Origin: Patescibacteria group bacterium UBA6201 | GTDB taxonomy: Bacteria > Patescibacteriota > Minisyncoccia > Phycocordibacterales > UBA918 | Length of the DNA stretch: 64,000 nt | Assembly: GCA_002422025.1 (NCBI GenBank) | Contig: DISV01000005.1 | Coordinates: forward strand, 290,948-354,947 | Direction of reading: 5' to 3' | Shown: in pieces, positions 31,840-41,024 of the stretch | Numbering within the stretch: position 1 is the stretch's first letter | How the letters are laid out: each line of letters starts with the position of its first letter | Position numbers and translations under genes: made by a program | Notes under the pieces: generated by a model | Told to the model about the DNA's origin: nothing | The model's input: the letters and a program-made list of their open reading frames with translations, nothing else | Database searches by the model: none

Positions 31840-32964
31840 TTATCTAGAAAATATACCCTTGAACCAATTCCATACACTACCGAAGAAGCTAGTTCCTGCC
31901 GAGACAGCAGAAGCGGTCTGCTCTTTAACGGTAGTGGCAGCCTTTTGACCCATACCTACAACCTCTTCGACTGTACTAGTCACCCCTTCCACTATTTCTT
32001 TACCGCTGGAAAATGGATCAGAAGTAGATTGACCACTAGAGCTACTTTGACGATAGGTTATACCCTGATTACGATACCAGGCTATCTCGGACTGCTGATC
32101 AGTGGTTAAAGGAAATTCTTGAGCAAATTCGCAGTATATCTCATTCACCATCTTGCGGGTTGTATAGTAGACGAACCGAGTTGGCAGAGGCAATCCCCAG
32201 GGTGTCAGTACTCTATCCGAGTACTTTTGCTGGAACTCATACACTGCCTGCTGAGTCGCTGCGTCGTACACTCCATTGACCTCCAAATCAAAGTGGCCCT
32301 CGAGATCACGAAGGAAAGTCTGCAGCTTGATTACCTCAGACACATCGTTCTGACGATTAGGATGGATATAGCTATAAAGCAGCTGTTCACAAGTATCAGT
32401 TGTTTCTCCAAGCACCTGCGGAGTGGCTTCTACGACAGCTCGAGATCGAGTCGAACGACTACCACCCCCACCACCGCCACCAGTATCATTTGTCACCACT
32501 GGAACAATTACGGTTGAACCTTCTTCAAACCCAACAATTAAGTCAAAGCCAAAGTTTTTCCCCATCAAGGGGTCCTGTGGAGCATCTGTTTTGAGCGTAA
32601 GAGTGATGGTGTAGTTGTGTGTTCCGCCATCAGGAATAGTGGATAGCTCAAAAGGATTAATTAACTCACCTAGCTCTCCACTGGCTGAGAAGTCTCCAGT
32701 AATCGTAAAGGTCATCTGATCAGCAAACAGAAGGAAGTCGCCAGTCGTGGACGCTACTTGTATTCCCGCCTTTTGCGTAAAGCCAGTAGTGTTTTCGACT
32801 GCAAAGCTACCACTCGCTGATGAGTTAGGCACCATATTAGTAGCTGTGATCGGCATATCAGAAGTGGTAACAAATGCCTCAACAATAGCCGGCATAACCA
32901 AAGCAGCCATAACTAACAGAGTCAAAGCATAACGTGTAGTAAAGTTTTTAAGAGATACGTTCAT
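31840..32964 (-). CDS. Secreted protein with poly-Gly linker and C-terminal peptidoglycan-binding (PG_binding_1-like) domain
   Basis: Signal peptide. A GGGGGGG tract followed by TPQVLGETTD, the same motif as in the giant protein. The PG-binding consensus is VIKLQTFLRDLEGHFDLEVNGVYDAATQQAVYEFQQKY. Confidence 0.65.
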   Translation of the reverse strand: MNVSLKNFTTRYALTLLVMAALVMPAIVEAFVTTSDMPITATNMVPNSSASGSFAVENTTGFTQKAGIQVASTTGDFLLFADQMTFTITGDFSASGELGELINPFELSTIPDGGTHNYTITLTLKTDAPQDPLMGKNFGFDLIVGFEEGSTVIVPVVTNDTGGGGGGGSRSTRSRAVVEATPQVLGETTDTCEQLLYSYIHPNRQNDVSEVIKLQTFLRDLEGHFDLEVNGVYDAATQQAVYEFQQKYSDRVLTPWGLPLPTRFVYYTTRKMVNEIYCEFAQEFPLTTDQQSEIAWYRNQGITYRQSSSSGQSTSDPFSSGKEIVEGVTSTVEEVVGMGQKAATTVKEQTASAVSAGTSFFGSVWNWFKGIFSR

Positions 32965-32968
32965 AAAC

Positions 32969-34984
32969 TTATTCGGTTTCAGTTACTGATTCTGGTTCCG
33001 GAGCTGGCTCTGGCTCTGGTTCTGGTTCAGGTTCTGGTTCAGTATCAGTTTCTGGAGTTGTTTCTGGTTCTGACTCAGTAGTTTCCTCGGTCTCTGGTTT
33101 TTCTACCAACGCATCCCCGCTTCCATCCTCTGGATCAATTACTTCTACCTCCTCTTCCTTCTTACCATCACCTTCAGGATCAATCACTCCCTCATCCACA
33201 CCCTCCCCATCTTCCTTCACAGGTTCATCACCCTCTATACCCTCTTCCGTAACGGATTCAATTGGAATTTCACCAGGATCAGTAACAGCAGCTTCGTCAG
33301 TCGGTTCAATTACTGTATCACCTCCGCCTCCATCTGCTCCTGCTCCTTCTTCATCAATCTTCTCCTCGTCTGCTTCCTCTATGGCCTCAACAGTCTCCAC
33401 AATCTCAACTGGAGGAGTTTCAACCACTAGCTCTACCTCCTCTTGAGACTCTTCACCTATTAGATACTCTCCGCGTGAGGTTAGTAATGCCACCATTCCT
33501 TCTATCATTTCATCGGAAAATCCAGAATCAATCAAATCTTGACGAGAAAAGCGGTTTTCCTCACCTGGAGTTGGTTCTGGATCTACCCAAGGACCAATAC
33601 CGTCAATAAACCGCGCAAATGATTTACCCTCAGGAACGTTACTGGCATTACATACACCCACTGTATCATTAGTGTTTGGATTGTCTGGTGTAGGGTCATT
33701 TTCACAAGCAGTTGAGTCTTCGCCATACTCGTACTCATCTTTAATTTGATCTAATGAGTTGTATAACTTCACGGTATCGCCTGTGTTGTTGAGTATAGGT
33801 TTATTCATATAAACCACCATAAATCCGTTGGCTGGAATAGTTGTAGTACCTGATGATATATGAGTAACAGCTGTCACAGAATTTATTTCTATGGTGTTAC
33901 CAGTACCACCGCTATAATCAGTAACATACCAGTCAGTCAAGTCTACTTCAAAATCCTCATTGTTATATATCTCAACCCACTCTCCATCTGGCATGTTGGC
34001 ACTATCATCGTCACTGTTCGGTAAGAACTCGTTTAAGACCACATCACCATCGGTAGGTACAGACACTTCACTTTCTGCGGTTGGCTCAAAGTCGAAGGTA
34101 CGGGTATGAGTAGAAGCACCAGAATCAATACCAATAGTGAACGAGTCAATATTCTCAATATAACCATCTACATAAGGCTCGCCCACCCGAAGACCCAACC
34201 ATGAGTCGGTAGCTCTTGTTTGTATGCTTGGGTAGGCTGCAAGAATATCACTCCATTTTTGAAATTGAGCAGTTGGGTCAACAAATGGTGTACCTGTCTC
34301 CGCAGGCCATGAGGTAGCAGCCCCTCCGCAACCAGACATACCAGACCAGCACCAGAGAGCCTCTCCTCCCGCTATTGCATCCCATTCTTGCCAGCTATCT
34401 TGGATAACAGTTCCATTTTGATTCGGCACAAAAGCCAATCGTTTCTGCCAAGTGTCAGTACCATCAAAGCTGACGTTGAAATTTATATAGGCAGAACGGT
34501 CAAGACTACCGCCATTTCCGGCTGACGGATTATAAGTAACGTAAGACATCTCAGTAATGTCTGCGAGCGCAACATCTCTAAACATATATGTTGCTATATT
34601 GCGTCGCTCAGTACCACTCACACCAATTTGAGCGCTACCTGAACCATAGAAAGGTGTGCCGGGACCATCGACGAAAGAACCTAGAGAATTATTAATTGTA
34701 TCTGTCTCATCATTGTAGAAAAACCAAGAAGTAGGATTGAGTAATTCTGTTAACTTATCGGTTCCTAAGTCTTCAGCCATAACTACGATTGTTTCTTCTG
34801 TGTCAGAAGACCAAACACCTGTAGACACACTATTACCTTCAATGGAGGTGCTGGCTTGCCAAGCGGCAAAGGTGGTTTGAATTGCTAGACCACTCGAGTT
34901 CATAAACATAGAGCAAACTAAAAGTACCTTTGCCCAAAACGGCAAATGTTTGCTACTAATTCTGAATAATGAGTGTTTTTGCAT
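32969..34984 (-). CDS. Large secreted protein (671 aa) with SipW-cognate-type signal peptide, shared surface module, lamin-tail domain and acidic EPEP C-terminal tail
   Basis: The N-terminal TFAAWQASTSIEGNSVSTGVWS resembles the TasA-type signal region. The LTD motif is NEFLPNS...EWVEIYNNEDFEVDLTDWYVTDY...GDTVKLYN. A ~200-aa module is paralogous to one in 27689..31525. The tail is PEPEPEPEPEP. Confidence 0.7.
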   Translation of the reverse strand: MQKHSLFRISSKHLPFWAKVLLVCSMFMNSSGLAIQTTFAAWQASTSIEGNSVSTGVWSSDTEETIVVMAEDLGTDKLTELLNPTSWFFYNDETDTINNSLGSFVDGPGTPFYGSGSAQIGVSGTERRNIATYMFRDVALADITEMSYVTYNPSAGNGGSLDRSAYINFNVSFDGTDTWQKRLAFVPNQNGTVIQDSWQEWDAIAGGEALWCWSGMSGCGGAATSWPAETGTPFVDPTAQFQKWSDILAAYPSIQTRATDSWLGLRVGEPYVDGYIENIDSFTIGIDSGASTHTRTFDFEPTAESEVSVPTDGDVVLNEFLPNSDDDSANMPDGEWVEIYNNEDFEVDLTDWYVTDYSGGTGNTIEINSVTAVTHISSGTTTIPANGFMVVYMNKPILNNTGDTVKLYNSLDQIKDEYEYGEDSTACENDPTPDNPNTNDTVGVCNASNVPEGKSFARFIDGIGPWVDPEPTPGEENRFSRQDLIDSGFSDEMIEGMVALLTSRGEYLIGEESQEEVELVVETPPVEIVETVEAIEEADEEKIDEEGAGADGGGGDTVIEPTDEAAVTDPGEIPIESVTEEGIEGDEPVKEDGEGVDEGVIDPEGDGKKEEEVEVIDPEDGSGDALVEKPETEETTESEPETTPETDTEPEPEPEPEPEPAPEPESVTETE

Positions 34985-34991
34985 AAAAATT

Positions 34992-35540
34992 TTAATCTTG
35001 TCTTTCGGTTTCGTTTTCTTTAACTCCTTCTCTACTCGTTCTTATCGATACCATTATCTTCTTAACCTCATCCACTATGACCAGAAACGCAGGAATGATA
35101 ATAATGGCAAGAAACCCCCAGGGTGTCTTGGCTACATCGAGTAGGTAGCCAATAAATGGTAAGTGAAAAATCACTTTGCCATAAATCTCGCTTTCGAGGA
35201 CAGGATTGCGATCCGCATAGTCATTGGCGTCGCCTTTAGTGGTGAACTCGCGTTCGTCTCCGTCACCTTCGGCAGCTGCAACAATTCGGTGCGTAATTGG
35301 CACCTCCAAGCTACTCTCTATTCTTTTGAAGGTGACTATATCACCCTCAGCATAATCGGCTTTTGGATAAATGAAGACTACGCTCCCAGTAGGGATAGCT
35401 GGCTCCATTGAACCAGTCAAAACCGTACGGGAATCAAGAGGAAAACTGGGAATGGAAAGGATAGATATGAGAAGCAGGGTCGCGACAGCCAAAAAGACCG
35501 TCACAACGATATAAAGAAGGATGTTAAAGAACAATTTCAT
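34992..35540 (-). CDS. Signal peptidase I, archaeal/eukaryotic-like S26B type (SipW-like)
   Basis: N-terminal TM helix, then LTGSMEPAIPTGSVVFI (Ser box), a His in PITHRIV, and a TKGDANDYAD box. It is 182 aa with a C-terminal TM helix, as in SipW. Confidence 0.75.
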   Translation of the reverse strand: MKLFFNILLYIVVTVFLAVATLLLISILSIPSFPLDSRTVLTGSMEPAIPTGSVVFIYPKADYAEGDIVTFKRIESSLEVPITHRIVAAAEGDGDEREFTTKGDANDYADRNPVLESEIYGKVIFHLPFIGYLLDVAKTPWGFLAIIIIPAFLVIVDEVKKIMVSIRTSREGVKENETERQD

Positions 35541-35617
35541 AACGCTTTATGCCAAAAGGTCTCTAGACCTTTATCCTCAAGCCCACCGAAGTGGTGAGCT
35601 TGAGAAAAAGGTTTGGA

Positions 35618-36286
35618 TTAGGAAGGAAGTTCGTCAGGCAGAGTTCCTACAAATACTTCAGTCCATGCACATTCACCATTATGAAGACCGTAATCAGCAT
35701 CTTCTGCAAATCCGCCCATTTGACGCATCGCAATCACCTCACCAGGACCAAAACCATTAGATCCATCGGCAATCTTAACTGCATTTGCTGCACCATAGAA
35801 TGCACTTACAAGTGTGAAGGTACCATTGTCAGGATCACCAGCATCACCGACATTTCCTACGCTAGAACCTGTTTCATATGTTGTGTTATCTATTGCTGTG
35901 CCATAACCCATCCAGTTTGATCCATCACCTGGGGTACTAGCACGCCAGGCAATCTTTGTTGCATCACAGGCCCCTGGATTACCTGATACAGGATCAATAT
36001 AGAACCATAGATCAAGTTCCATTGAGCTGTCGTTTGTAACCTCTGCTCGTTCCGCCGGAGAACTCTTGAAGCCAGGAAGGACCTCAGTTTCTATAATCGG
36101 CTTTGACTCAGAACCATACGCTGCCACTCCTTCAGCTGTAATCCCAAGTACAGCGGTACTGATTGTATTACCTTCAATACCATCAGTTGCTTGCCACGCA
36201 GCGTATGTAGCACCTAGGACAAGGGCTGTCATTGCTACTATCACGCTTGCTGCGAGCAGTACCTTTTTGTTTAAAATTGCTGTCAT
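35618..36286 (-). CDS. Secreted protein with SipW-cognate (TasA/camelysin-class) signal peptide
   Basis: N-terminus ...ALVLGATYAAWQATDGIEGNTISTAVLGI matches the A-[FYW]-x-D/A...N-x-[FI]-S-[ST]-[GA]-x-L pattern of SipW substrates. It is nearly identical in pattern to the N-terminus of 32969..34984 and lies directly upstream of the SipW-like gene. Confidence 0.6.
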   Translation of the reverse strand: MTAILNKKVLLAASVIVAMTALVLGATYAAWQATDGIEGNTISTAVLGITAEGVAAYGSESKPIIETEVLPGFKSSPAERAEVTNDSSMELDLWFYIDPVSGNPGACDATKIAWRASTPGDGSNWMGYGTAIDNTTYETGSSVGNVGDAGDPDNGTFTLVSAFYGAANAVKIADGSNGFGPGEVIAMRQMGGFAEDADYGLHNGECAWTEVFVGTLPDELPS

Positions 36287-36365
36287 AAAAATTTTTATTT
36301 TTACTTAATTTAATAAATTACTAATCCAGCAATGCTGGCTGTGAGTACTGTGAAAACATAGTAAT

Positions 36366-36403
36366 TAAAAAAGACACCGCACAAAATTGCGCGGTGTCTT
36401 TTA
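36366..36403. terminator. Hairpin with flanking A/T runs (bidirectional terminator candidate) between anti-sigma gene and surface-protein operon
   Basis: taaaaa-agacaccgc-acaaaattgc-gcggtgtct-ttt. Confidence 0.5.
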
Positions 36404-36530
36404 AGACTGTATCTACCGGAATGGTTTCACCATTCATTACACAGACTGCATTCATGGTTTCTTCATTGTACGCTCATGTATTTCGACAGCAACGTTGACA
36501 TGTGAATTACTATGTATCGGGATAATGACT

Positions 36531-37487
36531 TTATCTTACACCTCTGAAGATTGGGTGGTTGGCACAGAGAGATTTTTTTGCCACCTCAATTACAGTTTCA
36601 GGTGTTGTGGTGGAGAGGTTCGGACGCGATGACAAAACTACGTCGTCATCCTCCACCACCTCCTTGATATCTTCTAATAGATCCAATAATTTCGCTCTAC
36701 GTTCTTCAACCTCCTCCACAAAATTGTTGCGCTCCTCACGCCATTTAGTCACACCTGGTGCATCATCTAGTATCCACGGGAATACTGCGCAAGCTACCAT
36801 TCCATCACGCACATCTTCGGTTGTGGTAGCGACCAACATACGCACCTTACGTCCAGAAAGTAGTAACTCAGAATCTTTTGGACGTAACTCGGTTATGGTG
36901 ATATTCCACTCTTCGTTCTTAACATCAATAAAGCGTACCTGCTCTTGATCTCCATACTCCAATCTTTTAACTGCACCTAACATGCGTCCAGCCAATGGAT
37001 TTTGCCACATTTGTGCCTCAAATTCTGCTCGAGATTGATAGCTTTCTAACTGCTCTCCCATATATTGATCAAGATAGAAGCCTGCTCCAATTGAATGAAG
37101 CATCATCGCACCCACCACACTAAAACCAAAGCTACTGCCAACCACAAGGTATAAAGGATATTTATATCCTCTCTTAGTGTTGCGAAGGTTGAAATAGGCG
37201 ACCAAGGTGAGCGAGCCAAAAGCCAAAAGCCACAGATAGGGCAACGTATCGAGGAAGAAGGTTAAGAAACTTTGGTGGGTCGCCTCGTAAAGCGAGTAGC
37301 CGATATATAGGGAAGTAAAGGATAATATTGCTAAAGCCACAGCTCCCAGAATCACTGACAAGACCCAGGCGGCCCAAAAAGCGTATTCATAAGATAGCCA
37401 ATACAGCCGAGAATGAGGGGTGATTCCCTCCCTTTCCAGACGGTCTAAGACACTCTGCTTTATTTTGTTATTCATAGATTCACTCAT
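36531..37487 (-). CDS. Membrane protein co-transcribed with the ECF sigma factor (putative anti-sigma factor)
   Basis: Start overlaps the sigma-factor stop (ATGA). It has a short cytoplasmic N-terminus, TM helices, and an extracytoplasmic domain with an acidic C-terminal end. The anti-sigma assignment rests on position only. Confidence 0.4.
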   Translation of the reverse strand: MSESMNNKIKQSVLDRLEREGITPHSRLYWLSYEYAFWAAWVLSVILGAVALAILSFTSLYIGYSLYEATHQSFLTFFLDTLPYLWLLAFGSLTLVAYFNLRNTKRGYKYPLYLVVGSSFGFSVVGAMMLHSIGAGFYLDQYMGEQLESYQSRAEFEAQMWQNPLAGRMLGAVKRLEYGDQEQVRFIDVKNEEWNITITELRPKDSELLLSGRKVRMLVATTTEDVRDGMVACAVFPWILDDAPGVTKWREERNNFVEEVEERRAKLLDLLEDIKEVVEDDDVVLSSRPNLSTTTPETVIEVAKKSLCANHPIFRGVR

Positions 37488-38056
37488 ATATCTAATGACT
37501 CAAGCTTTTGCTTTAATTGCTTCTTAGCGCGGTGTACCAAGGTACCTACCGTACCAGTCGGTACATGAAGGACATCAGAAATATCTTCATACTCAAGATG
37601 TTCAAAGTAACGCAAAATTAGCACTTCACGGTACTTGTCGTCGAGTTGTTCTAGTGCACGCAGGAGTAGTTTATTACTCACCTGTTGGTCAAAAATGGCT
37701 TCCGGATCAACATTATCAGCTGCGATTAACTTCACAATATCATCTCCTTCAGATACAAGATAACCTTCCGGACGTGACTGAAGTTTACGATACCAGCTAA
37801 TAGCTTCGTTGTGCGCAATGCGATATATCCATGCGGAAAAAGAAAGACTTTGGTCGAAGCTGTTTAGATTACGATACACTTTGATAAAAATTTCCTGCAG
37901 CACATCAGCTCTATCGTCTGGATTACGAACACCGAGACGGGTGATGTACCGTTCGAGACGTGCTTCATAACGCTCCACCAGATTCCCAAAAAACGCTCGG
38001 TCGCGTAGCGAATGTGTCACCAGTTCATTGTCGGTTGGGGCCGAAGATTCGGGCAT
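37484..38056 (-). CDS. ECF-type RNA polymerase sigma factor (sigma-70 family, regions 2 and 4)
   Basis: Region 2 (LQEIFIKVYRNLNSFDQSLSFSAWIYRIAHNEAISWYRK) and region 4 HTH (LEYEDISDVLHVPTGTVGTLVHRAKKQL). Confidence 0.85.
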   Translation of the reverse strand: MPESSAPTDNELVTHSLRDRAFFGNLVERYEARLERYITRLGVRNPDDRADVLQEIFIKVYRNLNSFDQSLSFSAWIYRIAHNEAISWYRKLQSRPEGYLVSEGDDIVKLIAADNVDPEAIFDQQVSNKLLLRALEQLDDKYREVLILRYFEHLEYEDISDVLHVPTGTVGTLVHRAKKQLKQKLESLDI

Positions 38057-38116
38057 ACCCAGACATTATACGCTTTATAGGCTTATTTGTTTCAAGTCGG
38101 TGATATAATCGAGGTA

Positions 38117-38824
38117 ATGACAGTTCGTTTAAACAAATACTTAGCAGACAGAAAAATTGCCTCTAGGCGCGAGGCGGACGTACTGATTGCTGAAGGTAAA
38201 GTACTCATAAATGGCAAAAAAGCCATAATTGGACAAAAAGTGACTGATGACGATATTGTTCGTCTATCACCGAACGCCACAAAGGCCAAGACCTATCTCG
38301 CCTATTATAAAGGTGCTGGCATCATCACTCATTCACCAGACAAGGAAAAGGGCGAGGTTGATATCGCCACCAGAATGAAGAAGGATTATGGAATCAAGGA
38401 CGTTTATCCAATCGGTCGTCTTGATAAAGCCTCAGAGGGGCTCATTATCCTCACCAATGACGGTCGAGTGACTAGTGCCCTCCTGGACTCAGAGAACGAT
38501 ATAGAAAAAGAATACGAAGTTACTGTGGACAAACCAGTCACTGGAAGACTTTTGAAAAAGATGGCCGAAGGAGTGAATATAGAAGGTTATGTAACTAAGC
38601 CAGCCCTCACTGCTCCCAAGTCTGGAAAATCGTTCAAGATTATTTTAACCGAAGGGAAAAAACACCAGATTCGTCGCATGTGTATGGCTCTTGGTTGGCA
38701 AGTAAAGATATTGAAACGTGTGCGAGTGGTAACTATAAAACTCGACAAACTAAAGCCTAATCAATATCGAAAGATAGTTGGTAAGGAACTACAGACGTTT
38801 TTGCAGGAACTGGGTTTGAGTTGA
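38117..38824 (+). CDS. 16S/23S rRNA pseudouridine synthase, RsuA/RluB family (S4 domain + catalytic domain); longest ORF starts at 38087
   Basis: S4 motif LNKYLADRKIASRREADVLIAEGKVLING and the catalytic aspartate motif YPIGRLDKASEGLIILTNDG. Confidence 0.85.
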   Translation: MTVRLNKYLADRKIASRREADVLIAEGKVLINGKKAIIGQKVTDDDIVRLSPNATKAKTYLAYYKGAGIITHSPDKEKGEVDIATRMKKDYGIKDVYPIGRLDKASEGLIILTNDGRVTSALLDSENDIEKEYEVTVDKPVTGRLLKKMAEGVNIEGYVTKPALTAPKSGKSFKIILTEGKKHQIRRMCMALGWQVKILKRVRVVTIKLDKLKPNQYRKIVGKELQTFLQELGLS

Positions 38825-38860
38825 GGTATATCAATTGAGCAGACAGTATATGGTAAATAG

Positions 38861-38889
38861 AAACGGCCGGCGCTATGCGCCGGCCGTTT
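38861..38889. terminator. Bidirectional intrinsic terminator between convergent pseudouridine synthase and typA genes
   Basis: aaacggccggcgc-tatg-cgccggccgttt followed by tctattt. Confidence 0.6.
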
Positions 38890-38932
38890 CTATTTACTAG
38901 TAGCTAAGTGCCAAGAAGCCAAGAGCTATAAA

Positions 38933-40720
38933 CTACTTCCCTCCCTTCTTTCGATCAGATTCCTTCAACAAGGCCTTACGTAAACGCACACTGTTTGGAG
39001 TTACCTCCAAGTACTCATCATCAGCCATGATTTCAAGTCCTAACTCAATCGTAAGTGGACGATAAGGTACCAAATCAATAGCCTCATCAGAGCCAGAGGC
39101 ACGAACGTTAGTGAGAGCCTTTCCCTTAGTAGGGTTTACCATCATTTCCTCACCCTTTGAAGTATTACCAATCACCATTCCCTCATAAACTTCAGCAGCT
39201 GGACCGATGTATAAAACACCACGATCTTGCAGGTTCCAAAGAGAGAAACCAAGCGCCTTACCAGTCGCCATCGAAATCATACTACCAACCTGACGCTTCT
39301 TGATTTCACCCACATGTGGCTGGAAGCCAATGAAGTGTGAAGCCAAAATACCCTCTCCTCTAGTATCAATAATAAACTGGCCTTTGTATCCGAGGAGTCC
39401 ACGAGTCGGACCAACGAAAGTCAAACGCACTTGCGTAGCGTGCATGACCATATTCTGCATAATGAAGCCACGATTAGAAAGCTTCTCAATCACTGCTCCC
39501 TGGAATTCAGAAGGAACATCAGCAATTACTTCTTCGAATGGTTCAAGCTTCTTACCACCTTCCTCCTTAATGATTACTTGTGGCTGAGACACGGCCAATT
39601 CGTAACCCTCACGTCGCATGTTCTCAAGCAATATAGAAATATGCATCTCTCCACGACCAAACACTTCGAAACTATCTCCTTGAGAGAAGTCCACTTTTAG
39701 ACCAACGTTAATTTCTAGTTCTTTTTCAAGACGCTCCTTAATCTGACGGCTCGTTACATACTTACCCTCTCGACCTGCAAATGGTGAGGAGTTGGGCATA
39801 AAGCGCAAACCAATGGTTGGTTCATCTACTTTAATTGCAGAAAGTGGTGGAGTGTTCTCATTGTCGGTCAAAGTCTCTCCAATATCGATATCAGCAAACC
39901 CAGCGATAAGTGCAATGTCCCCCGCGTATACAGTTTCAGCCTCTACTTGAGCAGTTCCTTTAAAGGTGGAGATTTTAACAACCTTCCCCTTCTTAGTTTC
40001 CTGACCTTCATGAGTAATGAAAAGGTTCTGCCCCTTACTTAGCTTTCCACTATATACACGAGCTACTGCTAGACGACCCAGGAAGTTGTCGTAACCGAGG
40101 TTGAATACCTGTGCAGCGAGTGGGTCACCCTCTTTGAAGACAGCAGCTGGCTGAACCTGCTCCAAGATAACGTCAAGAAGCGGAGAAAGGTCTTTAAACT
40201 CATCTTCCAACTTGCGTTTTGCCACTCCTTCACGACCAATGGCGTAGACAGAGGTGAAGTTAGACTGTTCATCAGAAGCCCCCAGCTCTAAGAAAAGTTC
40301 CAAAACCTGTTCTTCAGTACGGTGTGGATCAGCCGCAGGCTTGTCCACCTTATTAATGACTACAATCGGCTTAAGACCGAGCTCTAGTGACTTTTTTAGT
40401 ACGAAACGTGTCTGAGGCATCGGACCTTCCTGTGCGTCAACCACTAAGAGCACTGAATCGATAGAACGAAGCACACGCTCCACCTCACTACCGAAATCGG
40501 CGTGACCTGGAGTATCCACAATGTTTATCTTGGTATCCTTATACTCGATAGAGGTATTCTTGGCATAAATAGTAATACCACGCTCTTGTTCAAGAGCGTT
40601 ACTGTCCATTGACTGACCCTCAGCACGAGAGCCGGTCTGCTCCATCAAAGCATCGGTAAGAGTGGTCTTACCATGGTCCACGTGGGCAATAATGGCGATG
40701 TTTCGGATTTCTTTGGACAT
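38933..40720 (-). CDS. typA: Translational GTPase TypA/BipA
   Basis: G1-G4 motifs (AHVDHGKTT, DTPGHADF, NKVD) and EF-G-like domains. The length, 595 aa, is typical. Confidence 0.95.
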   Translation of the reverse strand: MSKEIRNIAIIAHVDHGKTTLTDALMEQTGSRAEGQSMDSNALEQERGITIYAKNTSIEYKDTKINIVDTPGHADFGSEVERVLRSIDSVLLVVDAQEGPMPQTRFVLKKSLELGLKPIVVINKVDKPAADPHRTEEQVLELFLELGASDEQSNFTSVYAIGREGVAKRKLEDEFKDLSPLLDVILEQVQPAAVFKEGDPLAAQVFNLGYDNFLGRLAVARVYSGKLSKGQNLFITHEGQETKKGKVVKISTFKGTAQVEAETVYAGDIALIAGFADIDIGETLTDNENTPPLSAIKVDEPTIGLRFMPNSSPFAGREGKYVTSRQIKERLEKELEINVGLKVDFSQGDSFEVFGRGEMHISILLENMRREGYELAVSQPQVIIKEEGGKKLEPFEEVIADVPSEFQGAVIEKLSNRGFIMQNMVMHATQVRLTFVGPTRGLLGYKGQFIIDTRGEGILASHFIGFQPHVGEIKKRQVGSMISMATGKALGFSLWNLQDRGVLYIGPAAEVYEGMVIGNTSKGEEMMVNPTKGKALTNVRASGSDEAIDLVPYRPLTIELGLEIMADDEYLEVTPNSVRLRKALLKESDRKKGGK

Positions 40721-40961
40721 AATTTAAAAATAGAAAATGCGCTCACGCGCTTTAGGTTTAGAGTTCAAAGTGCGCTGTAGAATACCTCAGATTGAACTGT
40801 TTGTAAACCCACAACACCACCTTCTTATGGTGTTGCTTTGCCTTTAATAAGCGTTTCTTCGTTCAAATATTACTATTATCAGCAATTTGACCCTCCCCTT
40901 TGGTCTATTTATACGTAAAACTACGATGGAACTAATGTCTGGGAGAACTAGACTGACACAA

Positions 40962-40998
40962 AAAGCCGGTGGGCAAGATGACCTACCGGCTTTTTAAG
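40962..40998. terminator. Hairpin terminator candidate downstream of the 41025..41705 gene
   Basis: aaaaagccggtggg-caagatga-cctaccggcttttt (one mismatch in the stem). Confidence 0.4.
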
Positions 40999-41024
40999 CT
41001 TGTAATTTATCTTTCCACTACCTT

